Positions 44,596 through 55,005 of a stretch of DNA of 64,000 bases are shown piece by piece; the stretch's first letter is position 1; each line of letters starts with the position of its first letter. The translations under genes and the position numbers were made by a program. The stretch is from a virus (Duplodnaviria; Heunggongvirae; Uroviricota; Caudoviricetes), in IMG/VR virus record IMGVR_UViG_3300026382_000007; one strand, written 5' to 3'. The notes under the pieces were generated by a model. The model did not search any database, was not told where the DNA came from, and worked only from the letters and a program-made list of their open reading frames with translations.

Positions 44596-46425
44596 ATGGA
44601 ACTTAATGAAAATATGACAGAACTTACAGATTATGATTTAAAACATCTTTATGATCTGTATGCACGAACAAACGGTTATACAGAAACTCCGCCTACTATC
44701 GAGGAGTTTATTTCTGACCCTTACTTCCTTGGTGACTCACTTAATTTCGGCGAGGCAGTTTTCCCATATTGGAGGGAAATTCTCGTCGATGTCTACCCTA
44801 CACCATTCTATGAAACGAATAAATACAAGGTTATTGTACTATCTGGTGCAACTGGTATCGGTAAATCTACAGTTTCGAGTATTATTTTCTTATATGACTT
44901 GGCTCGTTTATTATGTCTAGATGAACCTCAACTCAAGTTTAAACTCCCAAAATCTGCGAAGATGTATTTCACTTTGACCAACAGTACATTAGAGAATGTG
45001 GAACAAGTCAACTATGACCCGATTATGTCTCTTATTAGACAATCACCATTCTTTAGATCGAAGTTCAATAACACGAAAACAAAAGCTTCTTTATTTATAA
45101 ATAACATTGATATTAACATGGTGTCTAGAAAGGTTTCATTAGTTGGTAAGAATGTCTATGCAGCGAGTTCGGATGAGATTAACCAGGAAATCAATAAGGG
45201 TGGTTCGAAAAACATTGTAACGGAGATGTACAATAGAATTAACTCCCGTTTTCTTATCAAAGGAAATAATTGGCCAGCACACTACACGATGATTTCATCA
45301 GCTACGACGGAAAGTTCACTTATTCAAACTATGATGGACAATGCGGAAGAAAAGGATGACTCGTCGTTTAATAAAAATGATATCCTTGTACTTGCCGCAC
45401 CTCGTTTTGCTGTTCTAGAACACAAGATTGATTACTGTGGTGAATATTTCAAAATATTCGTTGGTGACTTTCAGTCTGACCCTTTCTTCATAGAAAATGA
45501 TACTGATCAGGTAAGAGCGGAAATGCTCGATCCCACGAAGATTTTTGAAGTGCCGATTGAGCACCTTGGAGAGTTTGAAAACGAAATGTATGCTGGTATT
45601 CGAGATGTTCTCGGTTTATCGGTTTCTGATGTTAGGACATTTATTCCCTTCAAAGATAAGGTTAAGAAAAGCCTTCAACTATCTCGTATATGCGAGCTTG
45701 ATGAAATTATTCTCGATGAGGACTCTAAACTTATAGATTTCTTTAATAAAGACTTAATTGACTCATTCAAACCAGGATCTCAAAAGGTCATTGGTCTAGA
45801 TATTGCTTATGCTGGGGATAGATATGGGTTGGCTATGGCTCATGTACACGATGCGGTTGGAGCTGGTGATTTACAGGAAATGACATGTTGGGTTGACTTT
45901 GCGGTTGGTATAAGACCGCCAAAAGGTAAGCAGTTGCAACTTTATCAAATCCGTGAGTTCATTACAGACCTCATGAATATGGGTGTTGGGATTACATATG
46001 TGGTTTCGGATAGCTTCCAGTCTACAGATACACTCCAGCTACTTGCTAAACAAGGTATTGAGACAATTATGAATTCAGTCGATAGAAAGAAAGATGCATA
46101 CTATGGTCTTAGAAATGGTATTCTAGAGAATAGACTTTTTATGCCTTACAATAAGATCTTATATCAGGAACTTGTTTTTCTTAAAGAGACTGAAAAAAAA
46201 GTGGATCACCCTGACTTCTTCCCAGACGGAACGGTTGGTTCTAAGGATATCGCGGATGCAGTTTGTAATGCGATTTATATATGTCAGACTAAAATGGATT
46301 ATATACCGTATGCGGATTCTAAATTCATAGATGAGCTGAGTGCCCTCATAGATGATGAAGCGGATGATGATTTCGCCTCAAAGGTATTCGGAAAAGGAAC
46401 AGAAGCGACATTCGTCGATATGTAA
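44596..46425 (+). CDS. 17: terminase large subunit
   Basis: SGATGIGKS Walker A, SSDE Walker B, IGLDIA RuvC motif, SDSFQS, SKDIADA. Confidence 0.9.
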   Translation: MELNENMTELTDYDLKHLYDLYARTNGYTETPPTIEEFISDPYFLGDSLNFGEAVFPYWREILVDVYPTPFYETNKYKVIVLSGATGIGKSTVSSIIFLYDLARLLCLDEPQLKFKLPKSAKMYFTLTNSTLENVEQVNYDPIMSLIRQSPFFRSKFNNTKTKASLFINNIDINMVSRKVSLVGKNVYAASSDEINQEINKGGSKNIVTEMYNRINSRFLIKGNNWPAHYTMISSATTESSLIQTMMDNAEEKDDSSFNKNDILVLAAPRFAVLEHKIDYCGEYFKIFVGDFQSDPFFIENDTDQVRAEMLDPTKIFEVPIEHLGEFENEMYAGIRDVLGLSVSDVRTFIPFKDKVKKSLQLSRICELDEIILDEDSKLIDFFNKDLIDSFKPGSQKVIGLDIAYAGDRYGLAMAHVHDAVGAGDLQEMTCWVDFAVGIRPPKGKQLQLYQIREFITDLMNMGVGITYVVSDSFQSTDTLQLLAKQGIETIMNSVDRKKDAYYGLRNGILENRLFMPYNKILYQELVFLKETEKKVDHPDFFPDGTVGSKDIADAVCNAIYICQTKMDYIPYADSKFIDELSALIDDEADDDFASKVFGKGTEATFVDM

Positions 46426-46443
46426 GTGTCACTTAGTTGACAC

Positions 46444-46450
46444 TTAAATA
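46444..46450 (+). promoter_or_regulatory. late promoter TTAAATA
   Basis: Upstream of the portal; overlaps the hairpin taagtgtca..tgacactta. Confidence 0.7.
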
Positions 46451-46478
46451 AAGGTGATAAGACAATAAAGGAGAGTTC

Positions 46479-47945
46479 ATGTTCGATGGATTAAACAAAA
46501 ATTTTAAGCAGTTGACCAATAAAATGTTTAACTGGACTATGTCAATGGATCCAGCAATCATGGCTCAGCAACAAATGGCTGGGGCAAAAGAAAGCACTAT
46601 TAACCAACATCTTTTAACGAAGTTTTTTGACATCAGTAACACGAAAGAGGGTATCATTGCAGATATCGATTCTATTAAAGAGTTCTACTTCTCACAAATG
46701 ATCGTAGATAGAATTCTTGATGATGCTCTGAATCCTACTGGTAATGATAATAGAACTTTTAAGATTGACATCTTAGCTTCTGATAAGACAGTTGATAAGA
46801 CTGCCACACAATTAGTTGGTGATTTCCTTGAAGAGTTCAATATACAAAAACTTGTGATTGACCTTGCGGCAGATCTACTATATTATGGAGAATATTTCAT
46901 TCGTTTAGATGTGAACGGTGAAAGTAGTGAAAACTCTACAAAAGGAATCTTCAATATCCACGATGATGTTGATATCACTACTGCACTTCCAGTATTCCGT
47001 GACTCAGATGTGAGTTACATTTTAAAGCTTGGTGATAAATCAATTGAAACGGTTCAACCGACATCAATGATCTATTTTTCACTTCCTTCGAGTCGACTTA
47101 AAATTAAGATTGACGGAATTAGTGATAAGATTACATACCTTAGAATGGGGAAGAGTCTTCTATACCCAGTTTATGGATTAATAAAAGAATTGAAATTCCT
47201 TGAGGCTCTTATGCCTATTGGGTTTATCAATGATGCATTGAGCACGAAGCTTGTTTCGGTAAATGTTCCGAGTACAACAAAACCAGCTGAAGCACAGAAG
47301 ATCGCCCAAACATTCGAAAAGATGATCAATAAATCACTAACAATCAAACAGTCTGACCGCACCGAAGATGCTATTATTAAGCAAGTTTCTTCTAAGGTGG
47401 GTGAAGTTAAGGTTATCCCGAACTTCGGCGATAAGGGTGATTTACAAGCCGAAGACTTCAACTCTGATAACAACTATGACGAGATGAATGATAAGATTAC
47501 AGATCTTAGAAAAATGATCCTCACGACTATCGGTATTCCGGCATCTATTATGGATGAAGAGGGCATGAAGTCAGATGTGATCAAAGACCATATCCGTTAT
47601 ACTAAGAAGTTGAAATCTATCCAATTTGCAATTAAAGAGGGTCTTCAGCGAATGATGATTGTCCATCTTACAAATAATGGGTTTAGTAACTATCTTAAAG
47701 AGGATATCCGTGTCACATTCTTAAATGTATTGAACACAGATGACCTTGAGAAATTAGAATACATTGACCTTACTGTGAGTATGATTGACAACTTCAAATC
47801 TTTCGTTGAAGATTTTGATGACAATGAACATGTTGATGTAAACTATAAAGAATATGTTGCATTCATTAACAAACAATTTGAAAATGTAGCTGGGTTCAAC
47901 CTATTTACATATAAAGAACCTGATGAAGATGGAGATGATTTTTAA
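46479..47945 (+). CDS. 20: portal protein
   Basis: Follows TerL; ILDDAL, LYYGEYFI, GKSLLYP, ILTTIGIP. Confidence 0.8.
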   Translation: MFDGLNKNFKQLTNKMFNWTMSMDPAIMAQQQMAGAKESTINQHLLTKFFDISNTKEGIIADIDSIKEFYFSQMIVDRILDDALNPTGNDNRTFKIDILASDKTVDKTATQLVGDFLEEFNIQKLVIDLAADLLYYGEYFIRLDVNGESSENSTKGIFNIHDDVDITTALPVFRDSDVSYILKLGDKSIETVQPTSMIYFSLPSSRLKIKIDGISDKITYLRMGKSLLYPVYGLIKELKFLEALMPIGFINDALSTKLVSVNVPSTTKPAEAQKIAQTFEKMINKSLTIKQSDRTEDAIIKQVSSKVGEVKVIPNFGDKGDLQAEDFNSDNNYDEMNDKITDLRKMILTTIGIPASIMDEEGMKSDVIKDHIRYTKKLKSIQFAIKEGLQRMMIVHLTNNGFSNYLKEDIRVTFLNVLNTDDLEKLEYIDLTVSMIDNFKSFVEDFDDNEHVDVNYKEYVAFINKQFENVAGFNLFTYKEPDEDGDDF

Positions 47946-48655
47946 TGAAATTCAAAAATAAAACAGATGAAATGCAATATAAGATTCTTCGCCTTGACGA
48001 AGTAGAAGTCCGTAAAAGATTTCTACTTGTTGGAAAGGTTAAAGACCTTAAAAAAGTGCGCACATCAAAAGACCAATGGCGAAATAACAAGGCTTCTATT
48101 AAAAAGGGGCTTGCAAAATGGCATACATCTACTGCTGGGAAGCGGTTTCACCGTGCTCTTGGCAGATTCAATGCACTTCGTGAGACAGTAGGGTATCAAT
48201 ATTACTATTCTCGTGAGTCAGATCCTATTGTTTCAGACAGTGCGGTAAAAACTTTGACTATGGCACAAGTAAATGACGCACTTTTAAGTTTGAGCTCTAT
48301 AGAAACACACTTGAACCTTGAACTTGGTTTTTACGAACCAGATCCAGAAGCAATGTCACAATTTATTGACATTGTAAAGATGTTCCATGTTGATGCTAAT
48401 GTACTTCGCTCTAAATTAGTAATGGCATATGGTACTGGTGAAATTACAGTTGAAGATTATATGCTGTTGAATGACATCATCCAATTCTTTCAAGATCCTA
48501 AAATGTATGTTTATTCAAAGCGAGAATTAGAGGGGTTCAGTAATGACTCCGATACTATCGACTTTGTAGAACAAGTTTCACTGGCTGAAGCTACAAACCA
48601 TTGTACACCAGGAAATGAAATCTACGAAGCAATAGATAAATTGTTCGTTAAATAA
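47945..48655 (+). CDS. putative prohead core protein
   Basis: Basic N-terminal half; lies between portal and protease. Confidence 0.4.
   Translation: MKFKNKTDEMQYKILRLDEVEVRKRFLLVGKVKDLKKVRTSKDQWRNNKASIKKGLAKWHTSTAGKRFHRALGRFNALRETVGYQYYYSRESDPIVSDSAVKTLTMAQVNDALLSLSSIETHLNLELGFYEPDPEAMSQFIDIVKMFHVDANVLRSKLVMAYGTGEITVEDYMLLNDIIQFFQDPKMYVYSKRELEGFSNDSDTIDFVEQVSLAEATNHCTPGNEIYEAIDKLFVK
48648..48654 (+). promoter_or_regulatory. late promoter TTAAATA
   Basis: Upstream of the protease. Confidence 0.7.
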
Positions 48656-48677
48656 TAATAATTAAGGAGAGTTTTAT

Positions 48678-50534
48678 ATGGAAGAATTATTTGAAAATAT
48701 ACCATCTAGCGGACTCGTTATACAAGAGGCGAAAGGCGGTTTAAAAGAAGGAGTTTTGGCAGTAGTCAAAGGTCCATCATTTTTCAGTGACGGATATTCA
48801 AGAAACGGTCGTTTCTATCCAAAAGAACTTTGGGAAAATGCACTGAAAGTAAACAACACAAAAGAGGCTATTTCTCGTGGTCTTATGTTTGGTTGTATTG
48901 GTCATCCGAAGGACTATTCACTTGACGAACTTCTAGAAAGTGGTAAAGTGTCACACAAAGTAGTTGATATCACTCTTGACCCAAAGACTGGTGACGGAAT
49001 CGCTACATACGAAATTATGGATACACCATCAGGTCGTATTCTAAATACAATTCTTCGTTCAGGGTCAGAAATGTATGTTTCTACTCGTGCATTCGGTGGT
49101 TTCACTAATGAGACAAAACGAAAGGGTGGTAAAGAATATAAGATTCTTGACACTAAGAACTTTGAACTTGAGTCGATTGACTTTGTAATCCAGCCTGGAT
49201 TTTTACAAACTAATCCGAAGTTGGTTGAAAGTATCTCTGAAGACATGGCCATGTTAATGGAAGATAAATCTGAAATTAAATGTTCTGAAGGAATTTGCCA
49301 ACTACATGAAGACATGGGTTCTATCAATGAAGATTTGGACGGTGCTCCTGACCTTTTTGAAGATATCGAAGATCTCAGTAAAGCAGACATCATCAACATG
49401 CTTAAAAATGTTGTAGCTGAGAACAAGATTCTCAGTGAAGAACAAGCTCCAGTATCTACGAATACTGAAGCGGACAAAGAAGAAGTTGTTGATGTGAACA
49501 AAAAGCTACTCGCAACTTTCCTAAGCTATGTTGAAATTTTAACAAAGTTGGTTCGTTATTCTGTTGAATTTGAAGCCCACTATGAAGCACTAATCGAATT
49601 CTTAGATAAAGACAACAAAATGTCTATTGCAGATGTGAAAAGCATGTCTGCAATCGTTGAAAAGATTTTAGCTGAAGAACTTTTAGATGAATCTATCATC
49701 GTTGTTTGTAATAATATTCAAAATGTGATAGCAGTAATTAGTTCTACAAAAACTGATGAAGAAAAGATTGAGTCATTTGATGACAACTTGGCCGAAGTTA
49801 TGGCTTCACTAATTTTTAGAGAGTCTACGAATTTCGCATTAGTTGAGGCTGAGTCAACTGTCTTAGAATTAAAAGGTCAAAATGCTCGTCTCCGTGAAGC
49901 TACTATCGTTCTTTCCGAACAGCCTATGAAGACTGAAATCGTTGAAGTTGAGAAAGAAGTTGTAATTGAGAAAGAAGTTTCCGTGACTCCAAAGGCGATT
50001 ACTGAAAAACTTGTAACTCTGACTGAAGAAAATAAGCGATTGTTAGAAGAAGTTGAGAATGCTCGTTCTGAAATATCTGACATGAGTGAGGGACAAGAGG
50101 AATTAGTTGAGGAATTATCAGCTGAGGTCGAAAGCCTTAAAGAAACTATATCAGAAAACAATGGTTTTGCGAAAGAAGCTCTTATTGAAAATAAAGCTAC
50201 TATTAAAGAACTACAAGAAAGTCTAGCAACTGCTGAAAATACGGTATCCGTCCACGAGGCGAAAGTTTCTAAGATGGTTGCTAAAGTTGCATCAGCTGAA
50301 AAAGCTAAACTTGAAGCTCAAATCGCTTGTGAGTCTAGTGTGTATAGATTAGACAAAAAGATCGTTGCTACGATCTTTGAAAACTTCAAAGGAAAGGCTG
50401 AAAGAGAGTCTGCTCTGAAGAAACAAGTTAAAATGCAACGAAAAAATAAGCCTATTAAGGAAGAAGTTCCCCAATATGAGCCTAAAAAGCGACAAAGAGA
50501 AGCTACTTCTCGCCTGGAAAGCCTTATCTCTTAA
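48678..50534 (+). CDS. 21: prohead protease (gp21-like) fused to a coiled-coil scaffold
   Basis: NGRFYP, GCIGHP, VSHK, DTPSGRIL, VSTRAFG, IDFVIQPGF, then about 400 aa of Glu-rich coiled coil. Confidence 0.85.
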   Translation: MEELFENIPSSGLVIQEAKGGLKEGVLAVVKGPSFFSDGYSRNGRFYPKELWENALKVNNTKEAISRGLMFGCIGHPKDYSLDELLESGKVSHKVVDITLDPKTGDGIATYEIMDTPSGRILNTILRSGSEMYVSTRAFGGFTNETKRKGGKEYKILDTKNFELESIDFVIQPGFLQTNPKLVESISEDMAMLMEDKSEIKCSEGICQLHEDMGSINEDLDGAPDLFEDIEDLSKADIINMLKNVVAENKILSEEQAPVSTNTEADKEEVVDVNKKLLATFLSYVEILTKLVRYSVEFEAHYEALIEFLDKDNKMSIADVKSMSAIVEKILAEELLDESIIVVCNNIQNVIAVISSTKTDEEKIESFDDNLAEVMASLIFRESTNFALVEAESTVLELKGQNARLREATIVLSEQPMKTEIVEVEKEVVIEKEVSVTPKAITEKLVTLTEENKRLLEEVENARSEISDMSEGQEELVEELSAEVESLKETISENNGFAKEALIENKATIKELQESLATAENTVSVHEAKVSKMVAKVASAEKAKLEAQIACESSVYRLDKKIVATIFENFKGKAERESALKKQVKMQRKNKPIKEEVPQYEPKKRQREATSRLESLIS

Positions 50535-50553
50535 AAAAGGCAAGGTTTGAGGC

Positions 50554-50560
50554 TTAAATA
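50554..50560 (+). promoter_or_regulatory. late promoter TTAAATA
   Basis: Upstream of the MCP. Confidence 0.7.
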
Positions 50561-50654
50561 AAATTAACTATAACAGGTAAGAACGATTTTGGGTAGCAAA
50601 GAATGCCTTAGATTCTACGACTTAAAACAAAAAAATAAAACAAGGAGAGTTAAA

Positions 50655-52058
50655 ATGACTCATACTAAAATGAACGACAAGGTAGAACAATATTTCGAAG
50701 CATACCGTGATCACATGGAATTTTTCGAAGCTAAATCAAATGTGGCTGGTACTCGTGGAGTAACTAACGAAGATTTATTCGCACTTGGTCAACAACTAGA
50801 AAATTATGAAGATTTTCAAGCATTCACTGAAGCAAATGGTTCAAAAGGTGATCTTGGTGTTCTTCCAAATATCGCTCTTGATGTAATTACTGCATCATCT
50901 GCTCAAAGTCCTATTGCATTATTTGCATCAATCCAACCTCTACAAGAAGAGCAAGGTACAATCTACTTCAAAAATGTAGTAGCTTCAACAACTCGTGGTA
51001 ACATCTCAAAAGGTGATACTCTTACTAATGTTGCAAACGGTCGTGTTAAAAGACCTCAAGCATTTTCTGGTGAAGAAGTTTACGGTGAAGAAAGTGGTGT
51101 TGTTGGTGATGGTACTGAAAAGGCTGCAAGTTTCACAGTAAACTATGCCCCAGTTCGTGCTCGTAATGTTGAAGTAACTCTTGATGACGGTGGAGCTGTT
51201 AAGCTTATCGACGATGGTCAAGGTAACTTAATTGGTCTTGGTGGTCAAGGTACAGTTGATTATGTTACTGGTGCTGTTACAATTAACTTTGTAGATGCTC
51301 CTGCTGATGGTGTTAAGGTTCTTGTATCTTATGCTACTAACTTCGAAGTAATGAATGAGATTCCTACAATCCGTTCTGAATTCGATTCAATTGGTGTTCG
51401 TGCTCGTACATTCGCACTTCGTTCTGATATCGGTTTATTCAAGTCTTTCAGTCTTGGTAAAAGATTTGGAATCAATGTTGAAGAAACTATGGCAAAAGAT
51501 CTTACTCAAGAACTTACAACTGAAGTTGCTTCTGGTGTTGTTATGCAAGCTTATCTTGCTGCTACTGGAAATACAAACTGGGATAAAGCGGTTCCAGCTG
51601 ATGCTTCTTACTCATACACTGAGCACAAACTAACTTTCTTCGACGCACTTGCTGAGTCTGAGTCTGTAATGTTAGCTAATGCTGGTCGTTCTGGTGGAGC
51701 TACTGCAATGGTTGCTGGTCACAAAGCTTGTTCAATCATGCGCACAATGCCAGGATTCAAAACTGCTGGTGATTTAAATGCTGTTCTTGGGACACATTTC
51801 TATGGTACACTTGATGGTAAACCAGTTATTCGTACAAGTGTTATTCCTGCAAACGAGATTATCCTTATCTCTAAGGGAACAAGTATGTTTGACACATCTG
51901 TTGTTTATGCACCTTATCTTCCATTATTCGTAACGAATATGACAGACGGTGGGATTGATCACAATCCACTTCGTAACCAAAAAGGTGTTGCTCTACAAGC
52001 CGGAATGGTTGCTCCAGTTCCAACACTAATCACAAAAATCACTATCATTAATCCGTAA
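50655..52058 (+). CDS. 23: major capsid protein (gp23-like HK97 fold)
   Basis: ASIQPLQEEQGTIYF, RARTFALRS, VVYAPYLPL; AGGAG SD before ATG 50655. Confidence 0.9.
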   Translation: MTHTKMNDKVEQYFEAYRDHMEFFEAKSNVAGTRGVTNEDLFALGQQLENYEDFQAFTEANGSKGDLGVLPNIALDVITASSAQSPIALFASIQPLQEEQGTIYFKNVVASTTRGNISKGDTLTNVANGRVKRPQAFSGEEVYGEESGVVGDGTEKAASFTVNYAPVRARNVEVTLDDGGAVKLIDDGQGNLIGLGGQGTVDYVTGAVTINFVDAPADGVKVLVSYATNFEVMNEIPTIRSEFDSIGVRARTFALRSDIGLFKSFSLGKRFGINVEETMAKDLTQELTTEVASGVVMQAYLAATGNTNWDKAVPADASYSYTEHKLTFFDALAESESVMLANAGRSGGATAMVAGHKACSIMRTMPGFKTAGDLNAVLGTHFYGTLDGKPVIRTSVIPANEIILISKGTSMFDTSVVYAPYLPLFVTNMTDGGIDHNPLRNQKGVALQAGMVAPVPTLITKITIINP

Positions 52059-52075
52059 GGATTAATGGTGACAAT

Positions 52076-52094
52076 GAGTAGGATTTTCCTACTC
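52076..52094 (+). terminator. stem-loop after the MCP gene
   Basis: gagtagga-ttt-tcctactc followed by T. Confidence 0.6.
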
Positions 52095-52112
52095 TTGTGC
52101 TTTGCAATGCAA

Positions 52113-52119
52113 TTAAATA
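52113..52119 (+). promoter_or_regulatory. late promoter TTAAATA
   Basis: After the MCP terminator. Confidence 0.65.
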
Positions 52120-52154
52120 TAAGTAATTATATCTCAAAACACAAGGAGAACAAA

Positions 52155-52592
52155 GTGATTGTACCAAAATATAATGCGAAAAACTTACTAGAACATACTG
52201 TGATCTTAAAGATCAATACAGTACCGACATCTATCCCAAAAGGGAAGACGACAGTCGTTGAATTCACAGAAGGAAAAGATTTAGTCCTATTCCCAAAAGG
52301 ATCAATTGAGTTCACTCCATATGGATCAAATGATGAGGCTGAAAAAGCTAAAGAAGCACTTGAGGCTGAAAAAGCTAAAGAAGCACTTGAGGCTGAAAAA
52401 GCTAAAGAAGCACTTGAGGCTGAAAAAGCTAAAGAAGCACTTGAGGCTGAAGCAAAGAAGTCTGAATCTGAACCAAAAGTAACGGAAAAGAAAGAGACTG
52501 CTTCACAATCTAAGGCTCGTAAAGCAAAAGAGGCGAAAGCTTCAAGAGCTTCAAAAGCTAAAGATGTAAAAATTGAAACTGAAGATAAATAA
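52155..52592 (+). CDS. late protein with an EAEKAKEAL x4 repeat
   Basis: TTAAATA plus AAGGAG before GTG 52155; 27-bp repeat at 52335-52451. Confidence 0.65.
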   Translation: MIVPKYNAKNLLEHTVILKINTVPTSIPKGKTTVVEFTEGKDLVLFPKGSIEFTPYGSNDEAEKAKEALEAEKAKEALEAEKAKEALEAEKAKEALEAEAKKSESEPKVTEKKETASQSKARKAKEAKASRASKAKDVKIETEDK

Positions 52593-52601
52593 GGAGATAC
52601 T

Positions 52602-53126
52602 ATGGTAAACTTAGAATCACTTGCTGAATTCTTAAAAAGTAGCGACAAGCTTGAAGTTAAAATGACTGAAAGTGGGTTAATCGTTACTGAAAAGGGACTT
52701 AACGAGAAAAACATTATCCCTTCTGATCTTTCTTCTTTCGTTGGTGTTTATGAACAAACTGAAATCACTGCTAGTGGTTCGGGGTACAATATCACTGTTG
52801 AACGAATGTCTGCTAATAACTTCATGAAATTACTTATGAGTGTTTTTGCTGCTGAGTACAACTTTGAAGTTACTGGTGAATATACGATCTCTGCAACTAA
52901 AAAAGGCGCAAACGAAAGTGTTAAGGAACCAGAAGCTGTTATGACTATCGATGAAATCGCGGAAGCGATTGATGCGGATGGCATTGAGATTGAGCTCCAC
53001 GAAGATGGACTTAAAATCGTAGCATCAGACCTTATGGCTGTAGCTGAGAAGATTGATTCACTGAATCCAAACCTTGACATCCAACTTATGGATGAATACC
53101 TTACTGTAATGGATGGAGAAAAATAA
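52602..53126 (+). CDS. acidic putative head-associated protein
   Basis: AAGGAG SD; late operon. Confidence 0.55.
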   Translation: MVNLESLAEFLKSSDKLEVKMTESGLIVTEKGLNEKNIIPSDLSSFVGVYEQTEITASGSGYNITVERMSANNFMKLLMSVFAAEYNFEVTGEYTISATKKGANESVKEPEAVMTIDEIAEAIDADGIEIELHEDGLKIVASDLMAVAEKIDSLNPNLDIQLMDEYLTVMDGEK

Positions 53127-53740
53127 TGGCAATTAAAGACCTAAGAAAATTAGACGAAAAGGCGACTGCTATTGCAGCAGCAAAGGCACTTCTTGAAGAA
53201 GCTGGTATGACAATCGTTGAGGGTGACATTGAAGTTCCTCTAGAAGATGCAATCGCATTAGTTGAGAGTGCTGGGCATTCTGTTGTTGAGTCGTCTGCTG
53301 ATGTAGATGCTGATACAAAAGCGAAAGTTCTTGCAGAACTTAAAGAAGATGGCATGACTGTTCTTTCGGAAGAAATGATGGACAAAATCGATGAAGAGTT
53401 AGAAACAATCATCGCTGACCGTGTCGCTGAAGCAAAGAAAATTGAAATGGACGACAAGTCTGATGACAAAGCTGATGACGACAAAGACGAAAAGAAAGAG
53501 TCTGATGACAAAGATGACAAGTCTGATGACAAAGATGACAAGTCTGATGACAAAGATGACAAAGATGACAAAGATGACAAAGATGACAAGTCTGATGACA
53601 AAGATGACAAGTCTGATGACAAGTCTGATGACGACAAAGACGAAAAGAAAGAAAGTTACTTAGAATCTTTAATGGGTTCTACTGATGCTACAGTAAACGA
53701 GTCATCAAGAAAAGGTTCACTTCTAGAAAAACTAATGTAG
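53126..53740 (+). CDS. acidic putative internal head protein with DDK(S) repeats
   Basis: gacaag/gatgac repeats at about 53450-53645. Confidence 0.6.
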   Translation: MAIKDLRKLDEKATAIAAAKALLEEAGMTIVEGDIEVPLEDAIALVESAGHSVVESSADVDADTKAKVLAELKEDGMTVLSEEMMDKIDEELETIIADRVAEAKKIEMDDKSDDKADDDKDEKKESDDKDDKSDDKDDKSDDKDDKDDKDDKDDKSDDKDDKSDDKSDDDKDEKKESYLESLMGSTDATVNESSRKGSLLEKLM

Positions 53741-53755
53741 TCGAAGGAGATATTT

Positions 53756-54328
53756 ATGACTATCACAGAATTAAATGAATATCTCCACATTAACTCCCTA
53801 CAATATTTTGTCGGTGATGACATAGAAGTCACTGAGGAAATATTATCTGGTCTCGTAAAAAGATCGTTAAATGTCTATGGCAATTATCGACCTATTCTCC
53901 TCGAGTCCAGAGAATACATTTCCGCCTACTCACACAAGATGAGTACACTTGACGGAAGAAAAATCACAAACATTCAATCAATTTCATATATAGATAAAAT
54001 CTTAGACAGAAACGCAGATGTTCCATTTGACTGGCAATGGTCTCGTGAATCTAAAGTTCTAAGAATGCAAGCTGGTGGATCATACCATGTAGAGGCTCTA
54101 GTAATGCCTATTCTAGATGATATCGACTACGATCAAACCGAGTTCCTTGATATGACACAAGGTTTGTATATGATGTATGTAGGGCAATCTCGCAAGGGGT
54201 TCACTTTAGGTGAACTTCCTTTCGAAAATGATGGACAAGATATTTATAACGATGGAAAAGAACTTTACGAGACAACAATTCAAGAGCTCGGTGAAGTAAA
54301 TGACAATTGGTATTTATCAATTAACTAA
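53756..54328 (+). CDS. neck/head-completion protein (gp13-like)
   Basis: Position; C-terminal RKGFTLGELPFENDGQDIYNDGKE. Confidence 0.6.
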   Translation: MTITELNEYLHINSLQYFVGDDIEVTEEILSGLVKRSLNVYGNYRPILLESREYISAYSHKMSTLDGRKITNIQSISYIDKILDRNADVPFDWQWSRESKVLRMQAGGSYHVEALVMPILDDIDYDQTEFLDMTQGLYMMYVGQSRKGFTLGELPFENDGQDIYNDGKELYETTIQELGEVNDNWYLSIN

Positions 54329-54338
54329 TGGATATAAA

Positions 54339-54548
54339 ATGGAAAACACAACTGAAATTAATGAGGGGCTTGTAGAAGTCCTTTTTAAAACATTTAGATC
54401 AAGCATACAAGTTCGCGATATGGGAACTATTGTAGAGTTCAAATTAATGTTCACTGAAACAAAGACTTTCTTTAGTCTTAAAGTCAGAAAGAACACTTTA
54501 AAAGATTTTCACGATTGGTGGAGCAAAATTTACAAAGAGGTTGAATAA
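54339..54548 (+). CDS. hypothetical protein
   Basis: Fills the operon gap. Confidence 0.45.
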   Translation: MENTTEINEGLVEVLFKTFRSSIQVRDMGTIVEFKLMFTETKTFFSLKVRKNTLKDFHDWWSKIYKEVE

Positions 54549-54976
54549 TGGCACTTATAGAAAGATCATTTAAGTTAGCAACAAATATTTCAGGGATAGC
54601 GGTTAAGCAACTGCAACGACTGAATGGGTTGAAAGCAAATATCTATTTTCCTGTTGCCAAACCGTCTTTGTATAATGACTCATCTCAAGCATATGAGTAT
54701 TCGACTTCACCTGATGACGACGGAAGATTCCTCTTCACTGGAATTTATGGTACTCAAGAAATGACAGGATTTGAATTAGAGGGCTATTCCTCGTTCAATG
54801 ACGGTGATGGAAAGATGTATGTAATTGGTGAAGATGTTACAATCCCTCGTAATTCTAAGGTCGAAGTGTTATTCGAAGCTGGGATCAAAGTTTTTAGAAC
54901 TCAAGATCTTAAAATAGTGAACGGTGTCAATGGGAAGCCAGTTTATGGGGTTCTAGATATTGTACCATTTTCTTAG
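54548..54976 (+). CDS. head-closure/neck protein (gp14-like)
   Basis: Synteny; beta-rich composition. Confidence 0.45.
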   Translation: MALIERSFKLATNISGIAVKQLQRLNGLKANIYFPVAKPSLYNDSSQAYEYSTSPDDDGRFLFTGIYGTQEMTGFELEGYSSFNDGDGKMYVIGEDVTIPRNSKVEVLFEAGIKVFRTQDLKIVNGVNGKPVYGVLDIVPFS

Positions 54977-54983
54977 TTAAATA
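54977..54983 (+). promoter_or_regulatory. late promoter TTAAATA
   Basis: Upstream of the gp15-like gene. Confidence 0.7.
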
Positions 54984-55005
54984 AAACTAATGAAAGGATA
55001 AATAT

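Noticed and set aside
48914-53637. Long minus-strand ORFs antisense to the protease, scaffold and acidic repeat genes
   Set aside because: These are Ser/Leu-rich shadows of Glu/Asp/Lys-rich sense genes, with no SD or promoter.
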